A DNA stretch of 64,000 bases from Girardia tigrina (Eukaryota): contig MQRK01195884.1 in assembly GCA_001938485.1 (NCBI GenBank), forward strand, positions 26,949-90,948, read 5' to 3'. The notes below the pieces were generated by a model that worked only from the letters and a program-made list of their open reading frames with translations, made no database searches and was not told where the DNA came from. How positions within the stretch are numbered: position 1 is the stretch's first letter; the number at the start of each line of letters is the position of its first letter. This document shows positions 51,540 through 64,000 of the stretch, piece after piece. Made by a program: the position numbers and the translations under genes.

Positions 51540-54500
51540 TCTAGACCCGACAAAAAAAAACTGACTGTCAAGCTGTCCATGTAATTACTCCAATCTTCTA
51601 AGTATATGGACATAGCATAAAAGAATGTAGCATCAATCGGTCAACTATTCGACAACAGCATCAGGCCAAACGAACAGCAGAGCTGAAGGCTGATTTCAAT
51701 GCACAAGTACCAATGGTGCTTCACTGGGATGGAAAACTCATGGATGACATTACAGGCGAACAGAAAGTTGATCGTCTTCCAATCATTATCTCAGCATCCG
51801 GTATTGAACAGCTTCTCTGTGTTCCAAAAATATCCTCTGGAACTGGTCAGGCAATGTCAGATGCATTATTCAAGGTTGTGTCTGATTGGGATGTCACATA
51901 TAACATCAAGGCTTTAAGTTTTGATACAACTGCAACCAATACTGACAAGAAAAATTGTGCCTGTGTGCTGCTTGAAACACTGCTACAGAGAAAATTATTG
52001 CATCTGGCATGTAGACATCACATCCACGAGATCCTTCTCGAAGAAGCCTTCAAATCACTTTGGAGCTACCAACTTCTCCACAAATCCAGTTATTCAAGAG
52101 GTTTCAGGTATACTAGTGTAATATTGCACCGTCTAGCTACAAATCGGGAATAGAAGACCCACTCATTTCCACAGCACTCTCAGGAATATCTGCTGATGTC
52201 AGTTAGTTTGTGATTAAGCAACTTGGAAAGGATCAGCAACGTGATGATTACAAAAAACTCCTGGAACTTACACTCCTTTTTTATGGAAAGTTCCACCACG
52301 TGGCGTGTCTTTCATGAAACCAGGTGCTATCCACCGCGCACGATTCATGACAAGTTTCATCTACTCACTGAAAGTATTCATGTTTAGAGATACAGGTTTC
52401 CCTCTCACCGAAGGAGAAGTAAAAGGACTTGGAGACTTCTGCGTGTTTGACCTCAAGGTATACATCAAGTCTTGGTTCCTCTCCCGTCTATCCACAGTGG
52501 CTTCAGCCAATGATTTACATCTTTTAAAACATCTTAGTACAATTGATTCACCATCAGCAAAGGATGTGTTAAGAAAAATGTATGAAAAGCTGAGGTATTT
52601 AAATAAAGATTGGGGACATTAGCTTTCATTGGGGATATTTGAGAAAATAGCCATGATTGAAGCACTCAAACATGAAGGAGAAGAGTGTCCTCCTACACGT
52701 ATTTCTGTGGAGCCATCGAAGATAACTGGGAAAAGACTTCATGATTTTGTTTCTAAGAATACACAGATTTTTTTCAGGATCCTGACACTTCCGGATTCCT
52801 TCTTGGAAACTGATCATGACACTTGGCATACAAATCCAGATTAGATACTAGCTGAGAATGTTGTCAGAGAGTTTCGTGTTGTAAACGACACAGCAGAACG
52901 ATGGGTTGCATTGATGCAAGATTTCAATACTCTGTTAACAAAAAAAGAGGAGCAGGTACAATTTATTCTGCAAGTTGTAAGAGAGCATCGAAAATACCGT
53001 ATTTATCGAACTATAAGTCGCACTTGCATATATGTCGCATTTCGTTTTTTTAATTTTGAAAATTAAATTCAACAGCGTATAAGTCGCATATTTTTGTGAC
53101 TTGAAAACTTGAATCACAAACTTATTTTAAATTATGCAAATGAAGAAATCATTAAATTTAAATTAATATTATTTTAATTTTGACGATAATTATTTTAATT
53201 TTATTAAAATAATTTGAATTTAAAATCCACGTTAAAAATGAAGAAAACAAGAAGATCGTTTATGGTCGAAAGAAAAGTGGAAATTATTGATTATGCTGAA
53301 AAACATGGCAACAGAGAAGCAGAAATAGAATTCAATATAAATGAAAAAAAAACATTCGGGATTGGAGAAAATCGAAAAATCTTTTAAACGTAATGCTGAA
53401 AAAAAAGAAAGCAAAAAGAAGGGGATTTGTACATTGGCCCGATTTAAAAAATGCCGTTAAAAAGTATGTAATTGAGAAAAGGGAGAAAGGGTTTAAAGTT
53501 TCTACAATTGATATTAGATTAACAACGAAAAAAATGGCAAAATATGATTTTGATATAGAAAATTTTAAAGGAACGAATGGTTGGTGTACAGGATTTATGA
53601 AAAGAAATAATTTAAGCATGAGAGCAGTAACTTCAGTCGGACAATTGTTGCCAGCTGATTGGGAAGAAAAAAAGAATCATTTTTACTTTTTATTAAAGAT
53701 AAAAAGAGAGATATCGATTTGAATATGGGAATATGGATGAAGTTTCTGTTAGTTTCGATATTTCGGATACAAGGAAAGTTGATGAAAAAGCAAATAAAAG
53801 ATATTCTGATCAAAACAATCGGAAATGAAAAATATAATTTTACAGTTATATTAACTGTAATTGCCGATGGAAAAAAATGTAAACCAATGGAGATATTTAA
53901 AAGACTAACAATGCCCAAAGAAAATTTTCCAAAAGGAATTATTGTTGGAGTCAATAAAAATGGATGATCAAATAGTGAAAAAATGAAAAAATGGATACCA
54001 AAAAGTTGGATAAAAAGAAATGATTCATTTTTAAGCCAAAATCACTTTTAATATACGATTCTGATAGATGTCATCTTACTGAGGAAGTTAAATATGATGT
54101 CAAAATTATTCTGAACTTGCAATGATATCTTTTGGCCTCACCAAAAGCCTTCAACCACTTGATCTATCAGTTAACAAATCGATCAAATCTAAGCTAAAGA
54201 TACATTGGGAAAATTGGATTATCAATGGTTGTCACATTTACAACAAAACGGGGAAAATCAAAAGAGCGACATATTCAGAAATATGCGATTGGATTGTTAA
54301 AAGCGTGGAAGATGTTACACCACAGTGTAATAAAAATGGATTTAAGAAAGCAGGGATTCAAACTTATGATGAAAATATCGAAGGTGATGATGATTCAGAA
54401 ATTGAAGCTGGAAGTGAGGATAAAGATTTACAAGAAATCCAAACGGAATTTTTGCACATTTTCGAAACATTTGAAATAATAGATGATGAAGATTTTGATG

Positions 54501-54830
54501 GATTCGAGGAAATCGAATAATCTTAAAATAAAATTATTGGTTTTGTTTTTATATATTGTTGTTTTTATTTTTATATAAATCACACACGCGAATAAGTCTA
54601 ACCAATTTTTTTTAATTTTCATACTTTTTTTCATATAAGCCTCGGTTTATAGTCCGATAAATCCGGTACTATCCTGACAGTAAGAAGTCTACACTTCTTC
54701 AAGTACTTGCACCACATTAACAGTTGATTCTTTTTTAATTAATAAAATATTTTCTTTGGCTTGTTCACTTTTCTATTTTACACAAAGGTTGCATAGTGAC
54801 TGTTAGAGGGGTTTTTTGGTGAACTTAAGA
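51540..54830 (+). mobile_element. hATm-like transposase remnant interrupted by a pogo element
   Basis: VLHWDGKLM..VDRLPI..EQLLCVPK, FDTTATNT, ACRHH, PGAIHRARFM, VVNDTAER. HRK|Y-YPDSKKSTL resumes after 54668. Boundaries approximate. Confidence 0.82.
52997..54666 (+). mobile_element. Decayed full-length pogo-like transposon
   Basis: TA|ccgtatttatcgaactataa ... ttatagtccgataaatccgg|TA; CENP-B HTH FKGTNGWCTGFMKRN and LQPLDLSVNK. Confidence 0.92.
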
Positions 54831-55185
54831 TATTTGAAAATTTTTGAATTGAGAATCTTATTTCTATTTGGGATGAGTCAAAATAATGTTTTACTAATTA
54901 AAACGATTTTTTAATAAAATTAACTATCAAAAAAGTTTTCTGTATGTAAAATTAATTTTTAAAATAATCTAATTTCTATAAAAAATGAATATTTTGTAAA
55001 AGATCAAATGATTAAAGAGCTTACTTTAAGTAAAAGTTAGTTTTTAAAAACTAATTTACTTTCTGTAAAAAATGAATATTTTGGGGCACGATATTTAAGT
55101 CTCGAAAATCAAGTCTAGGAAAATTAAATCTTAAATTAAAAAAATTAAAATATAATAAATTGGAAATAAATTTTATTGTTTTTAA

Positions 55186-55650
55186 TCACAAAAGAGAATT
55201 TGATATGGAGATAGATTTTCTTGGGGTTAATGATAATCGATGTGAAATAGAAAATCTTTTTTTGGATGGACTAAATAAAGTCGAACGACGATTTTTGTTT
55301 GGTATCGGTTCAAAAACCACATATTCACCATAATTATCAACGAATCTATCAAATGAAGACTTTCTTCTATTTGGCATTAATGGCATCAAATAATCCATTG
55401 TGAGAATGTTTAAATTGTCAGACAGACTACCATATCTGTCCTCTGGATGGACAAGGGCCCATTCCACCCCTCCATTGATACTGATTATCGATGGATGGCG
55501 ATCTTGAAACCGTACCTTTCTATCTTGCTGAATATCAAAATTAGGATCCCTAGATGACTTCTCGTATGATTCAATATTTATTTGAGGGCAGTTGACAATT
55601 TGAGAGTTAGTTTGAATAGAATTAGAAATCTCTGTATCATTCACAAGAAT
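55186..55650 (-). CDS. Probable terminal exon of an unidentified host gene
   Basis: Acceptor ttttgttttag at 55651; 154 stop-free codons with no TE motif; includes RKVRF and basic/Ser motifs (RRKSS, RRST). Confidence 0.55.
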   Translation of the reverse strand: MLVNDTEISNSIQTNSQIVNCPQINIESYEKSSRDPNFDIQQDRKVRFQDRHPSIISINGGVEWALVHPEDRYGSLSDNLNILTMDYLMPLMPNRRKSSFDRFVDNYGEYVVFEPIPNKNRRSTLFSPSKKRFSISHRLSLTPRKSISISNSLL

Positions 55651-58158
55651 CTAAAACAAAATAATCAGATAAGTAAATCAACAAGCAAACCAAATTAACT
55701 GTTGGAACAAGTACATTCATTAATAATGAACTTCAAAATAAATTTTATCAAATTATGATCGTTAGTAAGTAAAATACTATTATAAATGGTCTTGTCATAT
55801 AGTTGTTTTTGCTTCATCATCCCTGACGACTGACCCCCCCACACGGGTCCAAGACATCATTCGAAATGATTCTGCATATTTAATTAGATTATTCAAATAT
55901 GTATTCATTCATTGAATTTAAGTCTTGATTTTCAATCGAATTAAAACTAATTTTTAATTAGCAATTTGAGGGACATTTTAACATAAAATAATAATTTTAA
56001 ATAAATAAAAATAATATAAAAATAGATTTTCTTTCTCTAAAACATCAAAAACTAATTTGTTGAATTGACAATAATAATTATTAATTTAGTATAACCCATT
56101 CATGGACAGATACAGAATGTGTTATATTTTAGCTTCCTCATGGTGGATTCTCATCATATATGATATATATTTCTTTATTTATTAATTAAATAAAGAAAAT
56201 GATGTACAAATATCAACAAAGCAAAAATATATCATACATGTAACCTACTAATGTGTTAATAATAAAGACATTTTATGTTCATTTTTATAACGTATAAGAG
56301 AAATTATAAATACTTGTGTGAGAATAATTAATATATAAATATTTATAAATTAAACTACTATACATTTTATATCTATATCAAGTTATATAAGGAATTCTAA
56401 ATATAGTAAACTCCTGAGATTGTTTAAATCAATCAATCAATTAATTATTTTCGGCACAGCTCTTAATTATAGGTTAATAAATATTATTCTCAATAATTCG
56501 TTTTTTAATATGAAAAATCCTTATAACCTGTATGAAATATTTAATGTAAATATTTGCTTGTACGTTGCGATTTAAATGCGAATTCATCAATTGATAACTA
56601 TATTATGCAAAATATCTTAAAATTAAATTAATTAATTTATTTCATATAAAGTTAAGAAAAGGAAGTTTATTTAAATATTTTTATTTTAGCAGAATTTTCA
56701 CTGTTTTGTCTGAGATCGATTTCAGATTTCGTTCTGAAAAATAAATCGTTATCGATTAAATAGCGTTTTTGATAATTATAATTAAATTATCTTTAGAAAA
56801 TAAAATATCAATAAAAGTTGTTGATGTCTGTACTTTTAAAATAATTAAAACAAATATAAATTGACTTAATTCCCAACTTAAAAATCCAATAGATTTCCCT
56901 TTGAACTTTGTAAGCTATTGCCCGTTTAACTTTTCTGTTGCAAAGAAAAAAAGAGAATAATATTAAAAAAGGTAATTATGATGAACCAGACGAATATTAA
57001 CAATTTATTGAAAATATAAAAAATGCTCTGAATGATAAAAAAACAAACAAAGACCCTTTTAACACCGGCCAGTTTCTTGGGCATTCTGGAGACTGCGCCA
57101 AACATACAATATAATTATTTAATATTATGAATCATTAAAATCATAAAAGTAAAATTCTAAAATTTTGATGATTAAACATTTTTGTGAAAAAAATTTTTTT
57201 GCATAAATTATTTTTTAAATTATCGTAACTCAATTTTGTTANNNNNNNNNNNNNNNNNNNNNNNNNNNNNNNNNNNNNNNNNNNNNNNNNNNNNNNNNNN
57301 NNNNNNNNNNNNNNNNNNNNNNNNNNNNNNNNNNNNNNNNNNNNNNNNNNNNNNNNNNNNNNNNNNNNNNNNNNNNNNNNNNNNNNNNNNATATTTAGAA
57401 TTTCAAAATGTGGTTTATGTAACTAAAATATTGTTCCTTATAAATTTGTTTGAATAATGAAAGTTGTATTAGAAATAAAGTTTGCAAATTATGACTTTGA
57501 ATTTTAATCAAGAACCCAATAGTTGTAATTGTAAAAAAATTCTCGTCGAAATTTTAAGAGATAATTTTGGTATTTTTTGATTTATCTGGATACCAGCAAA
57601 GAAATGAAGTATTTAGAATTTCGATTTTCAATAAAAAAATTACGTTTAAGGGGTATTGATGTGCTTTGCTCATTCTGAATTTCGATTAATGGTTTGCAAT
57701 GTCTCGGCAACATTCATAAAATTGCAACTCATAATGCGAATTCAAAAACATTTTTAGAACAGAAAAAGTATTAAACAGAGGTGCTCACAATGACTTTTTT
57801 CAGTGGGGAGAGCAAAATAAAATATTTAAATAAAAATATCATCAATTCCTTGTTATTCATTCATTTTTTATGAATCCATTTTGTATTCTTCTTTAAAGCG
57901 TTCTAAAAGAAAAAGATACATGCATATTTCATTTCTTTCAAATCATATTAAGAATTCTGTATATAGTTTTCCTCAGCCTATTTATCGAAATTTTTTTTCT
58001 ATTTTATTATCCAATATTCTTCTTGCGTTCCATAATGATTTTATAACATTTATCAAAAAACGAGATTAGACAATAATTTTATAATGTCACAATTTTCCTG
58101 AATATTAAAACACAAGAGATTTTATTAAGAACACTTTGGATCCATTAGTATACTATAA

Positions 58159-58345
58159 CTAGGGGGAACCCATTTCGCCAAGTCTGGCGAATTTTTTTGT
58201 AAACTAAATGCCCGTAAGGAAATTTAATTTTATTATTATTATTTTACATACAACAATAAGCGAATCAATAAATCCTGCCTCGAAAAACACTTTAATCATC
58301 GGGAACTTCACACAGACAGAAATCATATTTCTACTATAGTATTAA
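58159..58345 (-). mobile_element. Non-autonomous Helitron-like element
   Basis: Minus-strand 3' end has hairpin ttcgcca-gact-tggcgaa, 11 nt, then CTAG|T. 5' boundary approximate. Confidence 0.6.
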
Positions 58346-61300
58346 TTATAAATAGAAATATGTTATTATAAAAATTCATATAGATCTAATTATCCTCACA
58401 TGTCTCATTTTACCTTTCAAATATCTTTAGTGAGCGCCTATGGTAGTAACAGATCAGTCGTATTGGTGATCAGTCATAATTAAAAAGACAAATATTCATA
58501 TTTTCACTATTTACTTATATGTTCATGGTAAGATACTCTAAGACAAATGGGGAATGATGTATGAATTCTCTTGTAGTAGAGCGCTAAATCTAAGAAGAAT
58601 TAATTTTGCTAAAGTAAACAGTTTATTGAACATTCATTACTGGAAATGAGCAGCAATTATCTGAATCTTCCATCAGGAATGTCTGTGAATCTAAGCAAAT
58701 TTGAATGAATATTTTCCATTTTCTGTGAAGAAAAAAACGATTAATGAAAAGCGATTTTAAAGAAAAAAATCTTTTTTTAATTATTTTTGGAAAAATTAAT
58801 TCTAGTTCAATTTTAAATGAACGATTATTTTTCTTTAGTTTTCTTTACTTAAAAAAATTTACGAAATAAACAATTTCCTGTATTAATTTTTTAGTTGATT
58901 TTTTTTAATTTTAACAAGTTTGAGATTGTTTGCCGTATTCGATATAAAGAACAACTTAAATGATAATCAATATTTATTTACTGCAACCAAGTTCAAATCA
59001 GCGCAAACTTTCATTAATTAAAACAATATCAAAAGTTCACATTATCATTGTTGTTGGTATTAATTGTAATAATAATTTTATAAAACCGTTCTAATCTATT
59101 AAGAACACTTATATGATTTCCAATACTTTTATTGATATCACTGTAAAAGTAATTATGTATCAATAAACTCACTTTTATTCACAAAAAGAAATTAAGTTTA
59201 ATATTCAATTAAATATATAAAATATATTCAACAAAATGATGATACAACGGAAAGTGTAAAAAGAAGAGTGTATTAGACCACACGAACAATATAATATAGC
59301 TGTAGAGGATAAAGAAATAAAAGATATGTGTTTATCGAGTTCACCAAGGATATATCACTGTTAAATTAAATGGTGGTTAATTTTCAAGTAAAGAATTTAT
59401 TCAGTAACAGCTTATGTGCTTTCGTTAGAATTCGGAAAACCAACTCTTGATATCGTTTGAGAACATTGGAATAGAAAATACCATAATTTTAAGCATTTGC
59501 TAATTTTAAGCATTTAATTAAGTACTAAATCCTAGCGACCAATTCTTATGCAAGACAAGAAAATGAGTAAAAACTATGTTGCAAATGCTAATCTTTAATC
59601 TAGCAAATGCTAGGATGAATACTAGATAGTTCTGCAGCTATCTAGATGAATTTTCTAATCAATATGATGAATGTCTAGAATGCTTTGATATTATATATTT
59701 TTCATATTGAAGGAATGAGAAGTTAGAAATATGTTTTAATTACAAATAATTTCCTAAAATCAAATTAGGGGCCCAGGAAATTTTCATGACATAAGGTCAA
59801 TTGAATATAAATATTATCACGATAATATTTCATTTTGAAATTTATTATTTTAATAGTATAAAAACAACCAACAACAAAGGCATGATATTTGGTGTGTGTT
59901 GTTGTTGTTATGTTGAGTTGTGTTATGAAATTGTAACTTGTTGTATGTTTAATGAATGCGATTTGTAGTAGTTGTGTATTGTGGGTTCGCTTTATTTCTG
60001 ACACCACTATAAAAACAACCAATTCAACGAGTTTGCTGTATTAGCTGTTCTTATATATTATTTATTTACAGATAATTGTAATAATCCTTCAGCTAACAAA
60101 CTAGGTTAACCAAAATGCGACGTTTGGTGAACCTAGTTGTAATTTTTTTTATAAACTAAATTGCAGACAGAATTCGAACGATTTTTAATAAAACACTTTT
60201 AATACACAATACAACGATTCAATTAATGAAATATAAATACCGTACTTGTTGAAAATATTGTCGCTAATCAAAAATAATACAGCTGTTTTTTTTGATGATA
60301 AATTTTGTAATTGTCAAATTTCTGATTTGGCAGGAAAAATAATAAATAATTCGGTTTCGTATTTAGATTCAAAATAGTAAATAATTTGTGATAGATAATC
60401 AGAATAGAACTTGTTTCTTATTTCTAAAAATCGATATTTCTATCGATTACAATTTTGAATTCAAAATTCAATTCAAAATTGTCTTTATAATTAAATTATC
60501 ACAACTATGTACTTTATGATAATTTAATATAAATAATTTTAGTTTCTTTTTTAACCTTTCTAACTTCTTCATTATTTCTTCTTCACCTTCTTCTTCTTGT
60601 TAAATAAAAAAATAAGATAAATAAAATAAGATAAAAAGAATTATAAAATAAATAAGCATAACACCAGACACAGCCACATAGATCGACGCTTGATTGTACA
60701 TAAATAATAATACATAAATAATAAAATAAAAAAACAATAAAATAAAATACAGATAAATCCCCTGAGTGAAAAATCCTAGAAATGTACATGATAAAAATGA
60801 AAGGGTAGGTCGTAAGATGAAAAGAAAGAAAAAAAATCTTAGTTTTGCTAATGGACAATTACATTGGACTACTTACGTACCAAACACAAACTTGTCAGAT
60901 TATTACAAATAGCATTTAAAATGCAAAGTTTATTAAAATAAAAACAAGCCTTTTAATAAAATTTAAAGAGCTAGTTTATTTTTATTTACAATTTATAAAA
61001 TTCAAATTCTAAAAAATACTTTTACTAACAATATTGTCATTTAAGGATTACCAAAGACAAAAGGTTGCTAAAAATTAAATAATTTAAAAGCACATTTGAT
61101 TGGTCAAGAACCATATCAACGCTTAAGCAATTGCTAGATCGTTAATACTAGGGCTATATTCTTTTCTTGCATAAGAATATTAGCATTTGCTAACACTAGT
61201 ATTTGCTCGGTAGCATTTGCTAAAACTTAACTTCTTTTCTTGCATACCGCTGATTGTTCTTGATTGATAAATTTAAATTCTATTTATATACATGTTTTAT

Positions 61301-61593
61301 TCGAATAAATTGAAACTACAATTCCTTACTAAAAATTTTACTTTATTTTCAATAAATTATTTATGATTCAATAAATATTTACGTGATAATCCACTATTAA
61401 ATATTTAAAATCCCTTTCAAATAGATTCAAAATATTGTTAAATATTTATTGATTACTATGTATTAATTTAATTTTAAAGTGGTTATTTACATTTCAAAAT
61501 TGTTCGAATAATCCGACGGTTCAAAACATTTAAAATATCAATCTTCCATCTGGGTGGGAGAAACACAATCCTAAAACAACATACAATAAACAC

Positions 61594-61909
61594 TGTGAGG
61601 AATAGTAACTATATTTTAATATAGAGATTTTAATTTAAATATATTTTAAATTCGTTCATTACAAAAACAATAAATACGCATTAAAAACACGCTTAATAAA
61701 ATTATATATATATATTTTGTTTTTGTCTTCTGTTTCTTTTAAGTTTTTTTCTTTTTTTTGTCTTTTTCTTTTCTTTTCTTTTTGAATAAATAATTAAAAT
61801 TTTGAATATTGATTTTTAGACGTTTTTTCTTGTTATTATTATTTTTTTTTTAATTAAAAAAAGTAATAAAAAAAAATTAAAGGAATTTAGTGTTTTATGT
61901 AAAAATTTT

Positions 61910-61940
<31 letters not shown>

Positions 61941-62124
61941 CCATATTTATAATTCGGTTAAATTTAGAAAATTGTTAAATTAAAACTTCTAAAAAAATTT
62001 TTGTTTTAATATTTAGAATTAGCAAAAAAACGATAATTAAAATGGAACAATTTGAATTGGAATAAATTTTGTTTTATGGATCAGACTTTTGATGCAATTT
62101 GCACTGCAAACAGTTTTTCTAACA
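61594..62124. mobile_element. Solo LTR with a 5-bp TSD, inserted in another LTR-like repeat
   Basis: aacac|tgtgagg ... ctaaca|aacac. Contains a Penelope 3' UTR fragment flanked by (TA)n. Confidence 0.75.
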
Positions 62125-62267
62125 AACACCATTCAAAAATATTCCTCATTTTTTTTGCCATTTGAAAACATCTATTTCGAAGTATCTTAAAGTTTTTTAT
62201 ATATTTCTGCCATATAACTAATAAAATAGTTTTGTTAGTCTATCCATACATTATACAATATAAATTA

Positions 62268-63891
62268 CCCTGAAATCTCGTTATAAGCCTTAGGCTTAGT
62301 AGTGAATAAAAGTTTTTTTTCAGCTTGGTACAGGCTTAGTATCTAGTAGAGGCTTAGTAAAGAAATTAGAAAACATTAATTAAAAATTTTTTTTATTTAA
62401 ATATAAAAACTTAAATCTGATCTTTATCATCATCACTTCCAAAGTTTCTCTCACCCGTTAAAATGTCAATGAGTTGATCACGAATTTCTTCATCATTAGT
62501 TTCCATGTCATCATCGTTATCATCTGGGTCTTCTTCGGAGACTTGATCAATTTCTTCTTCATCATCACCGTAGAATTTGATTGTTGTCTTTTTGAAACCA
62601 CTTGTAATTGTTGAGACTGGAACTTCATTCCATGCTTCTGAAATCCATTTTGTAATTTTTTCGTATGATACACGCTTTAAATTTTTAAATTTTGTATAAT
62701 TTTTGTAACCATTTATGAACCAATTTTCCCACCTGCTTCGAAGACGTGATTTGAACGATTTATTGACACTGATATCTAGGAATTTTAGTTTTTTAGTTAG
62801 ACCTCCTGGAATCATAGCAATCAAAGTACCACTGCGATGGAATTTTTCCTTGACGTTATCAGTTTTGTGACCAGGAGCATAAGTAATGATTTACGATTGA
62901 ACATTACATTTTTTCACTTCATCCAAATTACTTCATGCCAAAGTAGAGTTTCTGAAGCAGTCATACATGATTTTTCATTTGCCGAGACGATTACATTTGA
63001 AGAATGATTGACTTTAGGAATTGTTTTGCGACGAAAAATGAAAGAAGCTGGTAGTTTAATTCTACTTGCTGTTACGCAAAGAACAACCGTGAAGCGTGAG
63101 TATTCAGAACCTGTAGTGGTAACATGATTATCAGATGACCCTTGAAAATACATGGTGAATTTTGATGGAATATCAAAATATACGGAACTTAGTCCATATT
63201 TCTAATAGGATCAAGTGAATAGTTGTCTTTATGTTGAGTTACGAAATCAACGAAAGATTTCGTTTTTTGTTTCCAATCATCTGGGAGTTTCTGACCGACT
63301 GATGTCACTGCACGGCAAACAACACCATTTCGTTTCATGAAATTAGAAACCCAACAGCAAGATCCTTTGAAGTCATAAATTTTCGTCCGAATTGCATGTG
63401 CTTTTACTTCACGCTTAATAACCGAACCAGACACTGGATGACCCTCTTTATGCTGTGCAGCAATCCAGGTCTTCCTATGTGCCTCGATTGTTGGGTATTT
63501 TGCTGATCTTTTTCGTTTGGCAACATTTCATTCCTTCTTTGTCGCAGCTTCCATTTCTATTTGTTGTTTTTCCCATCGCCTAATTTGACTAATGTTTACT
63601 CTAAAGTGCTCAACAGCTTTTGCTAGAGAATTATCGACTGCAAACTTGACAACTTCGAGCTTGTAATTCAACGTATAAAACTATCGTTTTTGGGATGACA
63701 TTTTAATTACCCTAAACTTTTAAAATTAATTATTCAATAACATGAATTTTATATTAAAAATTAATTGCGAAGATTTTAGATAAAAATTCAGGTAGCGGCT
63801 TAGTAAAGAAATTAGAAAAATTATGATGACCGAAATTATTTACTAAGCCTCGGGCTTCGTAACTAGTAGAGGCTTATAACGAGATTTCAGG
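62268..63891 (-). mobile_element. Decayed full-length pogo-like transposon
   Basis: TIRs cctgaaatctcgttataagcct / aggcttataacgagatttcagg, TA flanks; FKGSCCWVSNFMKRN, RFTVVL, IPGGLTKKLKFLDISVNK. Confidence 0.92.
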
Positions 63892-64000
63892 TAGTTTAAA
63901 AATCTTATATTTTCATTAGTCTTACCTCAAAATTTTCATATTTGTCAATGAGATTTTTCTCAAAACAAATTAATTTAGGCTGGGTTGGGTTAATTGTAAA

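Noticed and set aside
59765-60858. Low-complexity ORFs
   Set aside because: Explained by compositional bias (T/G- or A-rich tracts).

Overview
AT-rich eukaryotic (metazoan) genomic DNA with several N gaps. Short GT-AG introns of 45-60 nt and the TE repertoire suggest a planarian-like invertebrate (inference only). One complete host gene can be assembled: a 5-exon minus-strand DDAH-family gene (23739 to 4775, 277 aa) that lacks all three catalytic triad residues. There is also a decayed copy of a spen/SPEN first exon and an orphan terminal exon near 55.2-55.65 kb. The rest is a dense, nested TE graveyard: Penelope-like fragments carrying minimal hammerhead ribozyme motifs, a NeSL/R5-like non-LTR retrotransposon (Ulp1-like protease, RT, RLE) nested in a TG..CA element that splits a MULE transposase, a BEL/Pao fragment, an intron-containing MULE, and hAT, pogo/Tigger, mariner, IS630-Tc1, piggyBac, Harbinger, Helitron and Sola-like remnants. 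The most striking observation is a complete 76-aa ubiquitin/NEDD8-like domain ending LRLKGG, fused in frame to the N-terminus of the BEL Gag.
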